The notes beneath the pieces were generated by a model that made no database searches, was not told the origin of the DNA, and saw nothing but the letters and a program-made list of their open reading frames with translations. Shown piece by piece: positions 52,559-63,105 of a DNA stretch of 64,000 nt. The position numbers and the translations under genes are program-made. Origin of the DNA: Polyangiales bacterium. Lineage in GTDB: Bacteria > Myxococcota_A > Polyangia > Polyangiales > Polyangiaceae. Each line of letters begins with the position of its first letter. Positions within the stretch are counted from its first letter, which is position 1. Where the stretch lies: contig JBBRLQ010000015.1 of assembly GCA_038231275.1 (NCBI GenBank), positions 1 to 64,000 of the forward strand, written 5' to 3'.

Positions 52559-54559
52559 CTAGGCGATGTCTTCGTCGAGCCGTCGCATCCCTTCGAGGAG
52601 GAGCGCTTCGCTCGACTCCGTGATGACGCGCGTGGTCGGCACGAACGTGGGATCGAAGCCGAAGTCGCCTTCCTTCAGCTTGAGCATCGCGTAGAACGCG
52701 TCGCTGCCGGTCGTCTCGGCCCAGTGCGCGTTGACGACCGCGCCGTCGTCGAAGTGGACCTCGCCCGCGTCGCCGCTGCTGCGCAGCTTCAGCGAGCCGG
52801 TCTTTCGCGCGTGGAGGAGCACTTGGACCATGTCGGCGAGGCCCATCTCACGAAGGCTCCCGGAAACGCCGCGCTGGCCACGCGTCGTTTGACGCTGCGC
52901 GAGGAGCGCCTTCAGCTTCGCGACGAGGACGTCGGTCGGCGACAGCTTCGACGCATAGTCGAGCACGCCCATGTCGAACGCGCGCTGCGCTTCGTTGCGC
53001 CCCTGCTTTCGCGTGTGCATGACCCACGGGAGATCTTTGCCCCACGGCTGCTTGCGCGCTTCGGCGAGGAGCGTGAGGCCGTCCCCTTGCGGCAGGTCGA
53101 CTTCGCTCACCACGAGATCGACCTCGCCCACCGCGAGGATCTTGATCGCCTCGGCGGGCGTGCGCGCGATCTTCACCTCGAACCCCTGCTCGATCATGCG
53201 GAGCTCGAGCACCGTGGTCTCTTCGGGATCGGGGTCGATGATGAGCGCGATGGCGCGGTTCGAGAGCAGCTTGGCGCGCACGTCCTCGCCCATGAGCATC
53301 GTGCGGAACAGATCGAGCAGGTGCGGATCGAAGATGCCGTCGCGGAAGCCGTCCATGACCTCGAGCGCTTCGGCAGGCGAGAGCGTCTTCCGGTACGGGT
53401 TGCGCGAGTTCTGCGTGAGATCGGCGTACGTGTCGACGATCGCGAGGATGCGCGCGGAGATCGGGATCTCCTTGCCCGCCAGCGCGTCGGGAAAGCCGCC
53501 GCCGTCGTAGCGCTCGTACATGTGCATGACGGCGTTGAGCGTGTCGGACGGCAAGCGCACCGCTTCGAGGAGGCGCACAGGCGTGTCGCACGCCTTCTGC
53601 GCGGCGAGCTTGTGGCCGTCGTACTCCGACGCGTTGAGGCTCGTGAGGTGGTACTGCCCCATCTTGCCGAGGTCGTGCACGAACGCGGCAGCGCAGCACG
53701 CGATCGTCGTGTCGCGCGGGAGGTTCACGCGCTCGGCGAGGCGACGAACCAGACGCGCGACGAGCGCCGAGTGGCCGCGCAGATCGTTTCGTCCGTTCTC
53801 GATGAGGCTGACGAAGACGTTCAGCATCTCGAGGACGGCCTCGCTCGCGAACGTTCCGGCGGGCGGGCTCGACGGCACCGACGGCGGCGGCGGCACCGAC
53901 GGCGGCTTGAGGACCGAGACGGGCACCGGAGGAGGAGGAGGCAGCGCGGCGGGCTTGGGTGCGGGCGGAGCTTGCTTGATCTCGCCCTCGGTGATCATCC
54001 GCTCGCGCACGGAGAACTGCCCGCCGTCGCCGAGCTGGCGCATGGCGTTCTGCACCTGCGGATCGAGGCGCGAGAACGCGTTCTGCTCCCCGTTGTAATG
54101 CTTCGCGAGCCCGGCCTTCACGGCGGCAGGTCGTACGAGGATCGCCCGAACCTCCCGCGCGCCGGAGACGAGCGCGACCTCGTGCATCGTCTCGAGGTTG
54201 TCGGGATCCGCGGTCGCGACGCTCAGCGTGTTGGCGTCGGCGTCGAACAGCACGGGGAAGAGCGCGAAGCTCTCGGCGACCTTGCGCGGGATGAGGTCGA
54301 GCGTCGTCTTCGGGATCTCTGCCTTCGCGAGCCGCTCGGTCGTGATGAAACGCGTCTTGTAGTGGCTCGCGAGGGCTTTCAGCAGATCGCCCTCGCTGAG
54401 CAGGCCGAGCTCGAGGATGACCTCCTCCGCGCGCGTCTTGCCGCGCTGGACCTGCTTGATGACCGCCTCGTGCTGATCTTTTTTCAGCACGCCGGTCGCG
54501 AGTAGCACGTCCGCCGCTTTCTTCAGCGGGAAGCTGGCGGCGGATGCATTGGCAACCAA
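52559..54559 (-). CDS. MshEN/GSPII_N - HD-GYP-like - REC - DUF4388 signalling protein
   Basis: LELGLLSEGDLLKALA; HDLGK and ERYDGGGFP; REC-like fold; GSLREMGLADMVQVL..RKTG. Confidence 0.85.
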   Translation of the reverse strand: MVANASAASFPLKKAADVLLATGVLKKDQHEAVIKQVQRGKTRAEEVILELGLLSEGDLLKALASHYKTRFITTERLAKAEIPKTTLDLIPRKVAESFALFPVLFDADANTLSVATADPDNLETMHEVALVSGAREVRAILVRPAAVKAGLAKHYNGEQNAFSRLDPQVQNAMRQLGDGGQFSVRERMITEGEIKQAPPAPKPAALPPPPPVPVSVLKPPSVPPPPSVPSSPPAGTFASEAVLEMLNVFVSLIENGRNDLRGHSALVARLVRRLAERVNLPRDTTIACCAAAFVHDLGKMGQYHLTSLNASEYDGHKLAAQKACDTPVRLLEAVRLPSDTLNAVMHMYERYDGGGFPDALAGKEIPISARILAIVDTYADLTQNSRNPYRKTLSPAEALEVMDGFRDGIFDPHLLDLFRTMLMGEDVRAKLLSNRAIALIIDPDPEETTVLELRMIEQGFEVKIARTPAEAIKILAVGEVDLVVSEVDLPQGDGLTLLAEARKQPWGKDLPWVMHTRKQGRNEAQRAFDMGVLDYASKLSPTDVLVAKLKALLAQRQTTRGQRGVSGSLREMGLADMVQVLLHARKTGSLKLRSSGDAGEVHFDDGAVVNAHWAETTGSDAFYAMLKLKEGDFGFDPTFVPTTRVITESSEALLLEGMRRLDEDIA

Positions 54560-54573
54560 AGGGTCTCCTCGCT

Positions 54574-55188
54574 TCAGACGCGGGTGCGAAGGTGGCTCAA
54601 GATGAGGTCGAGGGCAACGCGATTTTGGCCCCCCTCAGGCACGATGATATCGGCAAAGCGCTTGCTCGGCTCGACGAACGCGAGGTGCATCGGTCGAACG
54701 CTCTCGTAGTACTGCTTCCGCACCTGCGCGAAGGTGCGACCTCGGTGCTCCAGATCGCGCCGGATCCGGCGCATCAGGCGGATGTCGGCGTCCGTGTCGA
54801 CGAACACCTTCACGTCGAAGCGTGACCGGAGGCGCTCGTCGGCCAGGACCAGGATGCCCTCGACGACGATGACCGGCGCCGGGGCGATCAGGACCCCCTG
54901 CGGTGCCCGCGAGTGGCTTGCGAAATCGTAGGTGGGGCGTTCGACCGGACGGCCGCCCCGCAGCTCGTCGAGGTGACTGCAGAAGAGATCGAGCTCGACA
55001 GAGTCGGGATGGTCGTAGTTGACCTTGCCGCGCTCCTCGAACGAAAGGTGCGACATCGACCGATAGTAGTGATCCTGCTCGAGCAAGACGGAGCCGGTCG
55101 GCAGCGCGGCGAGGATCGACGTGGCGATCGTGCTCTTGCCCGACCCAGACCCACCGGCGATGCCTACGACGAGAGGAGAACCCTGCAT
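54574..55188 (-). CDS. udk: Uridine kinase
   Basis: GIAGGSGSGKST, QDHYY, NYDHP, VEGIL and FVEPSK motifs. Confidence 0.93.
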   Translation of the reverse strand: MQGSPLVVGIAGGSGSGKSTIATSILAALPTGSVLLEQDHYYRSMSHLSFEERGKVNYDHPDSVELDLFCSHLDELRGGRPVERPTYDFASHSRAPQGVLIAPAPVIVVEGILVLADERLRSRFDVKVFVDTDADIRLMRRIRRDLEHRGRTFAQVRKQYYESVRPMHLAFVEPSKRFADIIVPEGGQNRVALDLILSHLRTRV

Positions 55189-55204
55189 TTCCGGGTGACG
55201 CGTA

Positions 55205-56266
55205 TCACGAAACGCCGCCGGCGAGCGCGAGCACCCGAGCCATTCGGTCGGGATCGACGTTGCGGCCCGTGAGCACCACGACCACGTCCCCCCCGCGCAG
55301 GGGGTCGGGCAGGCCTTGGAGGACCGGCACGAGCCCAACCGCGGCGCTTCCTTCGAGGACCAGGCCGAGGTCGCGGTGCGCATAGGCCATCGCGGTCGCG
55401 ATCTCGGCTTCCGTGACGACGACGACGCCCGCGATGGCCGACCGCGCGCGCTCGAAGGCGTCCACGGCGATGCCGCCTTCGAGACCCTCGGCGAGGGTGG
55501 GCGTGTCCTCCGTCAGGCGCACGAGCGCGCGGCCCGTCTCGAGCGAACGCGCCGCAGCCGGCGACGCCTCGCTCTGCACGCCCCACACCCTGCGCGCCTT
55601 CGCGAGGGCCTCACCGGCCTCGTCGGCCATGGCCACGGCCAGGCCGGTGCAAAGACCGCCGCCTCCGATAGGCGCGAGTGTGACGTCGGGGACACCGCCC
55701 ATCCCGCGCGCGATCTCGTACCCGAGGCTCGCGCCGTTGCCTGCGACCACGTCGAGATCGTCGTACGCGGAGACGAAGATGCCGTCCTCGCGCTCGGCGA
55801 GCTCTCGAGCGAGCGCCTCCGCGTCGTCGAAGTGCGGCGAGTCGCCGACGATGATCGTCGCCCCCCACGCGGCGATCTTCTCGCGCTTGGCCTGCGGCGA
55901 GCTGGACGGGACGACGACGACCGCGGACACACCGAGCATCTGCGCGGCGTACGCGACGCCTGCGCCGTGGTTGCCGGCGCTCGCGGTGATGGCGCGCGCG
56001 TTCTTGCCGCGGACGCGATCGATCGCCATGAGCGCCCCGCGCACCTTGAAGCTGCCGGTCACCTGGAGAGCCTCGAGGGCCAGCCACACACGCGTCTCGC
56101 CGCGGGGATCGGCGCGCGCGTCCAAATCCGCGGCGCGCACGACGGCGGTCTCGCGGAGGCGAGCTTGAGGAAAGCGCGCGGCGAGATCGCGCGCGATCTC
56201 GAGGCGCGGCTTGTCGGGAAAGGTCGCCGTAGACGACGCGCGAAGCGGTGCAGGGACGAGGCGCAT
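55205..56266 (-). CDS. PLP-dependent threonine/serine dehydratase family protein
   Basis: TGSFKVRGA, SAGNHG, PIGGGGL and TGRN motifs. Confidence 0.88.
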   Translation of the reverse strand: MRLVPAPLRASSTATFPDKPRLEIARDLAARFPQARLRETAVVRAADLDARADPRGETRVWLALEALQVTGSFKVRGALMAIDRVRGKNARAITASAGNHGAGVAYAAQMLGVSAVVVVPSSSPQAKREKIAAWGATIIVGDSPHFDDAEALARELAEREDGIFVSAYDDLDVVAGNGASLGYEIARGMGGVPDVTLAPIGGGGLCTGLAVAMADEAGEALAKARRVWGVQSEASPAAARSLETGRALVRLTEDTPTLAEGLEGGIAVDAFERARSAIAGVVVVTEAEIATAMAYAHRDLGLVLEGSAAVGLVPVLQGLPDPLRGGDVVVVLTGRNVDPDRMARVLALAGGVS

Positions 56267-56274
56267 CCCAGGCC

Positions 56275-57024
56275 TCAGCGCGAGAGCCAGAGGAGCGGCC
56301 TTCGGTACGTGGTGATCATGCGATCGGCGGGGATCTCGTGGCCGAGGCCCGGCACGATCTTCACGCGCGTGGGGATTTTCGCCTTCTTCAGCATCTCGCC
56401 GACCTTCTCGGTGTTCTCGGCGACCTCGTCGTTCTCGCCGGTCAGGAGGTACACGCGACGGAACTTGCGGCGCTCCTCCTTCAGGATCGCCTCGGTGTCG
56501 CCGAACCAGTACTGATCGTTGGCGGCGAGGATGAGCCAGCGGTCCCACTTGGACGGATCGCGGAGGCCGACCTGCATCGCGACGAACGCCCCCTCGCTGA
56601 AGCCGATGAGGATGTTGTGGCGCGTCTGGACGCGGTGGCCGAACTCCTCGCGGAGCGCGTGGAGCGTGGCGTCCATGATCTCTTTGCCGGACTCGACGCT
56701 GTTCAGCCAGCTGCGCGCGCCGCCGCCGCGGTCCTCGGGGCCTTGCGGGCAGACGACCCAGCCGAACTGCGTACCGACGCGCGCCCACTTGCGGCAGTCC
56801 TCGCTCGGGTTGCCGCCGCGGCCGTGGAGGTACATCACGACGGGACGGAGGCCGCGGCCGCGCGGACGGTAGTAGTACGCGTCCGGGTGGCCAGGGACCT
56901 CGAGACGGGACGGCTCGGCGATGGGGCGCGCGGTCTTGGCCCACGCGGCGGGCGCGATCGCCAGGATCGCGATCGCGGGGGCGAGCGCTACGAGGGCGAG
57001 GAGGAGGCGGCGCGCGGGGGACAT
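56275..57024 (-). CDS. Secreted alpha/beta hydrolase (esterase)
   Basis: Signal peptide ending AWA, LHGRG, GFSEG, GEND, GLGHE. Confidence 0.82.
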   Translation of the reverse strand: MSPARRLLLALVALAPAIAILAIAPAAWAKTARPIAEPSRLEVPGHPDAYYYRPRGRGLRPVVMYLHGRGGNPSEDCRKWARVGTQFGWVVCPQGPEDRGGGARSWLNSVESGKEIMDATLHALREEFGHRVQTRHNILIGFSEGAFVAMQVGLRDPSKWDRWLILAANDQYWFGDTEAILKEERRKFRRVYLLTGENDEVAENTEKVGEMLKKAKIPTRVKIVPGLGHEIPADRMITTYRRPLLWLSR

Positions 57025-57138
57025 GGATCGAGAGGCGCGCAGCATAGTCATGGAACGCCGCCACGCAACGCCTGAGACGCGCGGGGGATTCTCGCTTTCG
57101 CGGGAATTCGGCCGGATCGTCGAAAATTCGTTCGCCAG

Positions 57139-58041
57139 CTAACGATTCTTCGCCAGCTCGCGACCGAGCTCGAGGCCCAGGGCGGTCGCGTCGGCCTCCG
57201 ACGGCCACGCCACGCTCCGCTCGGCCCGTCGCATCTCGCTCCCGTCCGGGCGCGAAAAGAACGCGCGCAGGCGGAGCTTTTCCCCCGCGATCCGCTCGCC
57301 GAACGCCCCGATCGGCGTCTTGCAGTCCCCTTCCAAGGCGACCATCACACCTCGCTCGGCGGCGACGCACGTGGCGGAGGTCGGATCGTGCAGCGGCGCC
57401 AAGATCGCCCGCGTCGCGGCGTCGTCGGTCCGACACTCGATCCCGAGCGCCCCCTGACCGATCGCGGGCAACGAGACCTCGGGCTCGAGCACTTCCGTGG
57501 CCCGCCCTTCAAGGCCGAGCCGAACGAGACCTGCTCGGGCGAGTAGGATGGCGTCGTACTCCCCGGCGTCCACTTTGCGGAGGCGCGTATCCACGTTCCC
57601 GCGCGTCGGAACGATGTCGAGATCGGGCCGCACCGCGCGAATCGACACCTGACGGCGAAGGCTGCTCGTCCCGAGCTTGGCCCCACGCGGAAGCGCTGCG
57701 AGCGTCCCATACTTCGGCGAGACCAGGACGTCGCGCGGGTCCTCGCGGAGCGGCACGCACACGATCGCGAGCCCGTCGGGCAGGAAGCCCGGCACGTCCT
57801 TGACCGAGTGCACCGCGAGCTGCGCGCGGCCGTCGAGCAAGGCCTCTTCGATCTCCTTCACGAAGAGCCCCTTGCCGCCCACCTCCGACAGCGGGCGATC
57901 CTGGATCTTGTCGCCGGTCGTCACGATTTGCTCTTCGACGAGCTCGAGCTCGGGATGGAGCGCGCGCACCCTCGCGATGAATGCGCGGCACTGCGCGAGC
58001 GCGAGCGCGCTGCGACGCGTGGCGTACACGAGGCGAGACAT
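57139..58041 (-). CDS. hemC: Hydroxymethylbilane synthase
   Basis: TTGDKIQD, GGKGLFVKE, VHSVKD, GTSSLRR and GDCKTPIG motifs. Confidence 0.96.
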   Translation of the reverse strand: MSRLVYATRRSALALAQCRAFIARVRALHPELELVEEQIVTTGDKIQDRPLSEVGGKGLFVKEIEEALLDGRAQLAVHSVKDVPGFLPDGLAIVCVPLREDPRDVLVSPKYGTLAALPRGAKLGTSSLRRQVSIRAVRPDLDIVPTRGNVDTRLRKVDAGEYDAILLARAGLVRLGLEGRATEVLEPEVSLPAIGQGALGIECRTDDAATRAILAPLHDPTSATCVAAERGVMVALEGDCKTPIGAFGERIAGEKLRLRAFFSRPDGSEMRRAERSVAWPSEADATALGLELGRELAKNR

Positions 58042-58158
58042 GGGAAGGAGTCTACCTCATCCTCCGCGCGCCCACCCCCGCGGCCGGCTTCGAGGCGGTC
58101 CGTGACGCAGCGACGCGACGCGCGACGCACGGCGCGACGCCGCGAGGTACACTTGGAG

Positions 58159-58500
58159 ATGAGACAGATCAGCAGTTGGGGTCTCGTCGTTTTGCTATTT
58201 GCGCTCGCCAGAGACGCGCGCGCAGAAACCACCGCGCCCACCGCCACGATAGGCCTCGGCCTCACGATCGGCGGCGCGGCGCTCACCACGGTCAGCGGCA
58301 TCGTGTTCCTCGCGATGGACCTGTGCCGGCCCGATCTGCGCGGCGAGGGATGCCCGCCGCACGTCGAGCAGAAGGCTGCCGCCATCGGGCTCGTCGTGGG
58401 GATCCTCGCCCTCGCGATCGGGATCCCGCTCTATGCGACGGCCGATCACGATCAGAGAACCGCGGCGTACCGGCAAGCGGGCGCCGCGATCAATTTTTGA
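58159..58500 (+). CDS. Small hypothetical membrane protein
   Basis: GGAG upstream, signal peptide ending ARA, two TM segments flanking a Cys pair, terminal Phe. Confidence 0.65.
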   Translation: MRQISSWGLVVLLFALARDARAETTAPTATIGLGLTIGGAALTTVSGIVFLAMDLCRPDLRGEGCPPHVEQKAAAIGLVVGILALAIGIPLYATADHDQRTAAYRQAGAAINF

Positions 58501-58525
58501 TCGAGCCGCGGCCCTTAGAAGAGGA

Positions 58526-59878
58526 TCAGTGCAGCCTGTCGTCGTCGTCGGGGTGCGCCGCGGCCGACGCTTGCAGCGCCTCGTGTTCACGCTTGTCGGG
58601 CTCGGGCGGCGGCGCCTCGGGCAAGTCGAACAGGTGCACGACGGCGCGAACGAGATCGGCGCCGTCCTCTCCCGACGCCGCGACCTTGAGGCGCGTCGTC
58701 GGCGCGTGGAGGAGCTTGTTCACCGCGCTGTCCATCATCTGTTGAAGCGCGGCACGGTCGCCTTCCGTGAGGTGCTTGAGGCGGCCCGAGAGGCTCCGCT
58801 CCAGCTCCGCGGCCAGGACCCCCTTCGTCTTCGCGCGGAGCGAGACGATGGTGGGCGCCACGTCGAGCCCGCGCGCCCAGGTCTCGAACTCGCTCAGCTC
58901 CTCGCCGACGATCTTCTCCGCCGCAGCGACCTCGTTCTGACGCGCCTTCAAGCCGTGAGCGACCTCGTGCTCGAGATCGTCGACGTTGTAGACATAGCAA
59001 TTGTCGATCTTCGTGTGGATCTCGGGGTCGACGTTGCGCGGCACCGCGATGTCGATGAAAAATAGGGTGCGCCCTCTGCGCGCCTTCATCACTCGCTTGA
59101 CCATCTCGCGCGTCACGACGAAGGAGCGGCTACTGGTGCTGGTGACGACGACGTCGGAGAGCGTCAGCTCCTCCTCCAGCTGCTCGAGCGGCGCCGCGCT
59201 GCCGCCGAACTGCGCCGCGAGCTGCGCCGCGCGCTCCACGCTTCGATTGCACACCCGGATCGAGCGCCCGCCCTTGCCGAGGCTCCTGGCGGCGGCCTCC
59301 GCCATCTCGCCGGCGCCGACGAGGAGAACGGTGTGGTTCGACAGATCGCCGAAGATCTTTCGCGCGAGGTCCACCGCGACGCTGGAGATGCTCACGGTCC
59401 CCGCGCCGAGCGCGGTCTCCGTGCGTACGCGCTTGGCCACCGTGAACGCGCGGTGCACGCAGCGGCCGAGGACGTTGCGCAGGGTGCCAGCGGCGACCGC
59501 CGCGTCGTAGGCGTCCTTCACCTGGCCGAGGATCTGCGGCTCGCCGAGCACCATCGAGTCGAGGCTCGATGCGACGCGGAAGATGTGTCGAACCGCGTCG
59601 TCGCCCGATTTGTCGTAGAGGCAATCGGTGAGATCGTCGCTGCGGCCACCGACGAGCTCGGCAAGGCCTTCGCGGATCGCGCGGAGGGCAGGCTCGATGG
59701 CCTCGCCGTCCGCGAGCACCTCGACGCGGTTGCACGTCGAGAGGAACATCACCTCTTTGAGCTCGCGCCGCTTGGAGAGGCGCGCGAGGACCTCCGGGAG
59801 GACGTCGGCGCCGACGGAGAGCTTCTCGCGCACTTCGACGGGGGCCGTCTTGTGTGACAGGCCGACGACGACGATCAC
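58526..59878 (-). CDS. hemA: Glutamyl-tRNA reductase
   Basis: VGLSHKTAP, STCNR, LDSMVLGEPQILGQ, GAGEM and DIAVPR motifs. Confidence 0.96.
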   Translation of the reverse strand: MIVVVGLSHKTAPVEVREKLSVGADVLPEVLARLSKRRELKEVMFLSTCNRVEVLADGEAIEPALRAIREGLAELVGGRSDDLTDCLYDKSGDDAVRHIFRVASSLDSMVLGEPQILGQVKDAYDAAVAAGTLRNVLGRCVHRAFTVAKRVRTETALGAGTVSISSVAVDLARKIFGDLSNHTVLLVGAGEMAEAAARSLGKGGRSIRVCNRSVERAAQLAAQFGGSAAPLEQLEEELTLSDVVVTSTSSRSFVVTREMVKRVMKARRGRTLFFIDIAVPRNVDPEIHTKIDNCYVYNVDDLEHEVAHGLKARQNEVAAAEKIVGEELSEFETWARGLDVAPTIVSLRAKTKGVLAAELERSLSGRLKHLTEGDRAALQQMMDSAVNKLLHAPTTRLKVAASGEDGADLVRAVVHLFDLPEAPPPEPDKREHEALQASAAAHPDDDDRLH

Positions 59879-60720
59879 GGCAGGCCCGCCACGTGCGCCG
59901 CCGGGCCGGCGTCGCGGAGCAGATACAAGAGGAGCACGAGCATCGCGAAGCCGAAGCCGGCGATCGTGCCGTACGCGGCGCGACGACCTCGCCAGCCCGC
60001 CGCGGCCCGCAAGAGGAGCACACCGGCGATGAGCAGCCAGGTCAGGTACCCGAAGGCCGCCCGAAGGATGTCGGCGGTGCCGCCCATCTCTACCTGCCGC
60101 GCCCAGAGCGTGCCGATGAGGATGCCGATCGTGAGGAGCGGAAAGCCCGCGAGGAGGAACCGATGCTCGGCGCGATCGAGGGCATCGAGCGGTGGTAGAC
60201 GCTGGAAGAGCCCCTCGATGCGCTTCTCCTTCAAGAGACGCTCCTGCACGAGGTAGAGCGTCGCCGCCCCGAACGCCAAGCTGAAGAGCGCGATGCCGAG
60301 GAGGTTCGCGGTCACGTGGACCGGGAGGAGCGCGCTCTTGAGACGCGGCGCCTGGTCGACCATCTGCGTGCCGCCGCCGACGAACCGCGACGCGAGCAGG
60401 CTCGTGAGCGCGAGCGGCGCGACGAAGGCGCCGACGACGTCGATGCGGTAACGCACGCGCATCGCGAGGTACGCCACGCACATGATGACGGCGAAGACGC
60501 TCATCGGAAAATGAATGCCCTTCACCGGGCACGCGTGCAGGACGAGCGACCACACGATCACGTGCACGCCTTGGAGCGCCGCGCCGACCGCGATGAGGCG
60601 CGCGCCCCAGCCCGCCGGCACGCGGTTGGTGCCGAGCAGGACGCGCAAGAACAGGAACGTCGCCGCCAGGTAGACGAGCGAGGCCGCCAAGAAGAGCGCG
60701 TCCGCGACGTAGACGTTCAC
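59875..60720 (-). CDS. CcsA/HemX-family cytochrome c assembly membrane protein
   Basis: About 8 TM segments, conserved His residues, LPPLDALD, GWRGRR; coupled to hemA. Confidence 0.85.
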   Translation of the reverse strand: MNVYVADALFLAASLVYLAATFLFLRVLLGTNRVPAGWGARLIAVGAALQGVHVIVWSLVLHACPVKGIHFPMSVFAVIMCVAYLAMRVRYRIDVVGAFVAPLALTSLLASRFVGGGTQMVDQAPRLKSALLPVHVTANLLGIALFSLAFGAATLYLVQERLLKEKRIEGLFQRLPPLDALDRAEHRFLLAGFPLLTIGILIGTLWARQVEMGGTADILRAAFGYLTWLLIAGVLLLRAAAGWRGRRAAYGTIAGFGFAMLVLLLYLLRDAGPAAHVAGLP

Positions 60721-60756
60721 GTGCGCAGTATAGCGCGCCGCGGAGCGCCCCGTGAT

Positions 60757-61197
60757 TTACAGGTTCTTCATCAAGAAACGCGCGAGCAGCTGCTCTTCCG
60801 TCTTCGGCTCTTCCGGGGAAAATTTGCCGATCTCGGCCTGCGCGTGGCTCTGCGAGCGTGCCTTCGCGCGATCCGGTGAGGAGACGTGCTCGAGGAACGA
60901 ACCGACGGGCACCCCCGTCCACCCCTGGACGACATCGTAGGCGTTGTCGCCCATGATCATCGAGCCTTCGAGCAGCTCGGCGCCGAGCTCGAGCAGGTAG
61001 GGCTTCGACTTCACCTTGCCGACGAGCTCGTTCGCGTCGATCGTACCGCTGACCTCACGGATCACGCGCACCGCGTCGGCGATCTTGTAGCGACGGCCCT
61101 CGGCGACGATGGTGAGCTCCGAGCCCTTCACGTCGATGGTGGAGTCGAGCATCCACTGGTCGAGCGCCTCTTGCGGGAAAAAGATCCGGTTGGGCAT
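60757..61197 (-). CDS. Hypothetical protein
   Basis: Strong codon bias; FFPQEALDQW, ELVGKVK, AYDVVQGW. Confidence 0.75.
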   Translation of the reverse strand: MPNRIFFPQEALDQWMLDSTIDVKGSELTIVAEGRRYKIADAVRVIREVSGTIDANELVGKVKSKPYLLELGAELLEGSMIMGDNAYDVVQGWTGVPVGSFLEHVSSPDRAKARSQSHAQAEIGKFSPEEPKTEEQLLARFLMKNL

Positions 61198-61228
61198 CCT
61201 GACGTGTCAGGTTACACCAATCGGGCAA

Positions 61229-61843
61229 ATGGGTCCGCTCGAGGCGTACAGCGCGATCGTCGCCGAGCTCGGCGGCGCCTCCTTCGCCGCGCGGGTGTCG
61301 GAGGCCCGCGGCGCGTTCCAGTCGCGCACCGGCGCGTTCGGGCCCGAGGATCCCTGGTTCGAGGCGAGGAGCCGCGCGTTCTGGGACTTTGCGACGACGA
61401 GCGGCGGCCTCGCGCACCTCGCGGCGGCGGTTCCGGGGGCCGGCGCCTGGGTGCCCGCCCTCGCGCGCGCACACCGAGGGCTCTTCGTCGTCGAGGAGCG
61501 CGAGGACGACGCGATCGCGCTGCGATGCCTCCTGAGCGGCGTCGTGCTCTTCGTCGACGACGTCGAGCCCGGCACCCGGGACGCGCTCGCCGCCGCCAGC
61601 GCGCCGTTCGACGGTCGCGTCGTCGCCGGCGGGTCGCCGATCCAGTGCGCGCTGCTCCCCGGCGCCGTCTTCCACCCGGAGGACGCCGCCGCGCCCATCC
61701 GCAAGGTGCTCGACGCGGCGCGCGCCAAGGAGCTCGCGCGCGACGCGACGCTCGACGCGCTCCTCCGAATGGAGCTTTCGCTCCGCGCCCTCTCCCGTGT
61801 AAAGGCGAGCTACGCGTACCGCCCCGAGGCGCTGCGCGCCTGA
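61229..61843 (+). CDS. Hypothetical protein
   Basis: Fills the gap with protein-like composition; RTGAFGPEDPWFE, VFHP. Confidence 0.7.
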   Translation: MGPLEAYSAIVAELGGASFAARVSEARGAFQSRTGAFGPEDPWFEARSRAFWDFATTSGGLAHLAAAVPGAGAWVPALARAHRGLFVVEEREDDAIALRCLLSGVVLFVDDVEPGTRDALAAASAPFDGRVVAGGSPIQCALLPGAVFHPEDAAAPIRKVLDAARAKELARDATLDALLRMELSLRALSRVKASYAYRPEALRA

Positions 61844-61858
61844 GCGCCCTCCAGCCCC

Positions 61859-62590
61859 ATGCCTCTCCCGCCGACCTTCGACGCGCACCTCTCCTCCGCC
61901 CGCCCGCTCACGCCGCAGGTGCGTGAGCTCACCTTCCAGCGGGACGACGGGCTGCCATTCGCGTTCGAGGCCGGCCAGTGGGTCAGTCTCATCTTGCCGC
62001 TTCCGAGCGGCGAGGTCCGGCGCTCCTACTCGATCGCGTCGCGCCCCGACGGCTCTCCGCGCCTCGAGCTCGCCGTGACGCACGTGGAGGGCGGGCCCGG
62101 ATCGACTTACCTCCACGAGCTCCCGATCGGCACGAAGATGCGCATCATCGGCCCGCAGGGCTTCTTCACGCGCGGCAAGGGGGCGACGGCACCGGCGCTC
62201 TTCATCGGGACCGGCACCGGCGTGACGCCGCTCCGCAGCATGCTCCACGACGCCGTTCACCGCGCCGATCCGCGCGCGATGTGCCTCGTCTTCGGCGTGC
62301 GCCGCGAGGCCGACATGCTCTACCAGGACGAGCTTCGCGACCTCGCGAAGGGCCACCCCAACGTTCGTGTAGAGTACACATTATCGCAACCGGGCTCTGC
62401 GTGGGCGGGGCGGCACGGCTACGTCCAGACGCACGTTCGCGCGATCTACGAGGAGCTGGCGGCGCGCGGCGAGGGGGCGCCGCACGCGTACATCTGCGGG
62501 CTCGAGCGAATGGTGAGCTCGGTGCGCGAGCTGCTCCGCAAGGACATGGGTCTCCCGCGCGAGCTCGTGCACAGCGAGCGTTACGACTGA
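61859..62590 (+). CDS. FAD/NAD(P)-binding oxidoreductase (ferredoxin reductase family)
   Basis: [21 protein letters not shown] and YICG motifs. Confidence 0.9.
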   Translation: MPLPPTFDAHLSSARPLTPQVRELTFQRDDGLPFAFEAGQWVSLILPLPSGEVRRSYSIASRPDGSPRLELAVTHVEGGPGSTYLHELPIGTKMRIIGPQGFFTRGKGATAPALFIGTGTGVTPLRSMLHDAVHRADPRAMCLVFGVRREADMLYQDELRDLAKGHPNVRVEYTLSQPGSAWAGRHGYVQTHVRAIYEELAARGEGAPHAYICGLERMVSSVRELLRKDMGLPRELVHSERYD

Positions 62591-62643
62591 AAAATGGTCC
62601 GAGCCCATTGCCTCCCAGCGTGAGCGGGCGCAGGATCGCGGCC

Positions 62644-63105
62644 ATGAAACTTCGGGTGAACGGCGCCGTGCGCGAGGTCGATGCGGACGGAGACATGCCC
62701 CTCCTCTGGGTCCTGCGGGACGTGCTCGGCCTCCCGGGAACCAAATACGGCTGCGGCGTCGCCCAGTGCGGCGCGTGCACCGTTCACCTCGACGGCAAGC
62801 CGGTGCGCGCGTGCGTCACGCCGGTCAAGACCGTGGGCGATCGCGCCGTGACCACGATCGAAGGGCTCTCGCCCGACGGATCGCACGTCGTCCAGCGCGC
62901 GTGGACCGAGGCCGACGTCGTGCAGTGCGGCTACTGCCAATCCGGGCAGATCATGTCGGCCGTCGCGCTCCTCGACGCCAAGCCCGAGCCCGACGACTCC
63001 GACATCGACGCGGCGCTCTCCGGCAACGTCTGCCGATGCGGCACCTACTGCCGCGTGCGCGAGGCCATCCACCTCGCGTCACGCCTGAAGCGAGGCGCGC
63101 GATGA
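62644..63105 (+). CDS. (2Fe-2S)-binding subunit, IorA/CoxS family
   Basis: [21 protein letters not shown] and CRCGTY motifs. Confidence 0.93.
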   Translation: MKLRVNGAVREVDADGDMPLLWVLRDVLGLPGTKYGCGVAQCGACTVHLDGKPVRACVTPVKTVGDRAVTTIEGLSPDGSHVVQRAWTEADVVQCGYCQSGQIMSAVALLDAKPEPDDSDIDAALSGNVCRCGTYCRVREAIHLASRLKRGAR

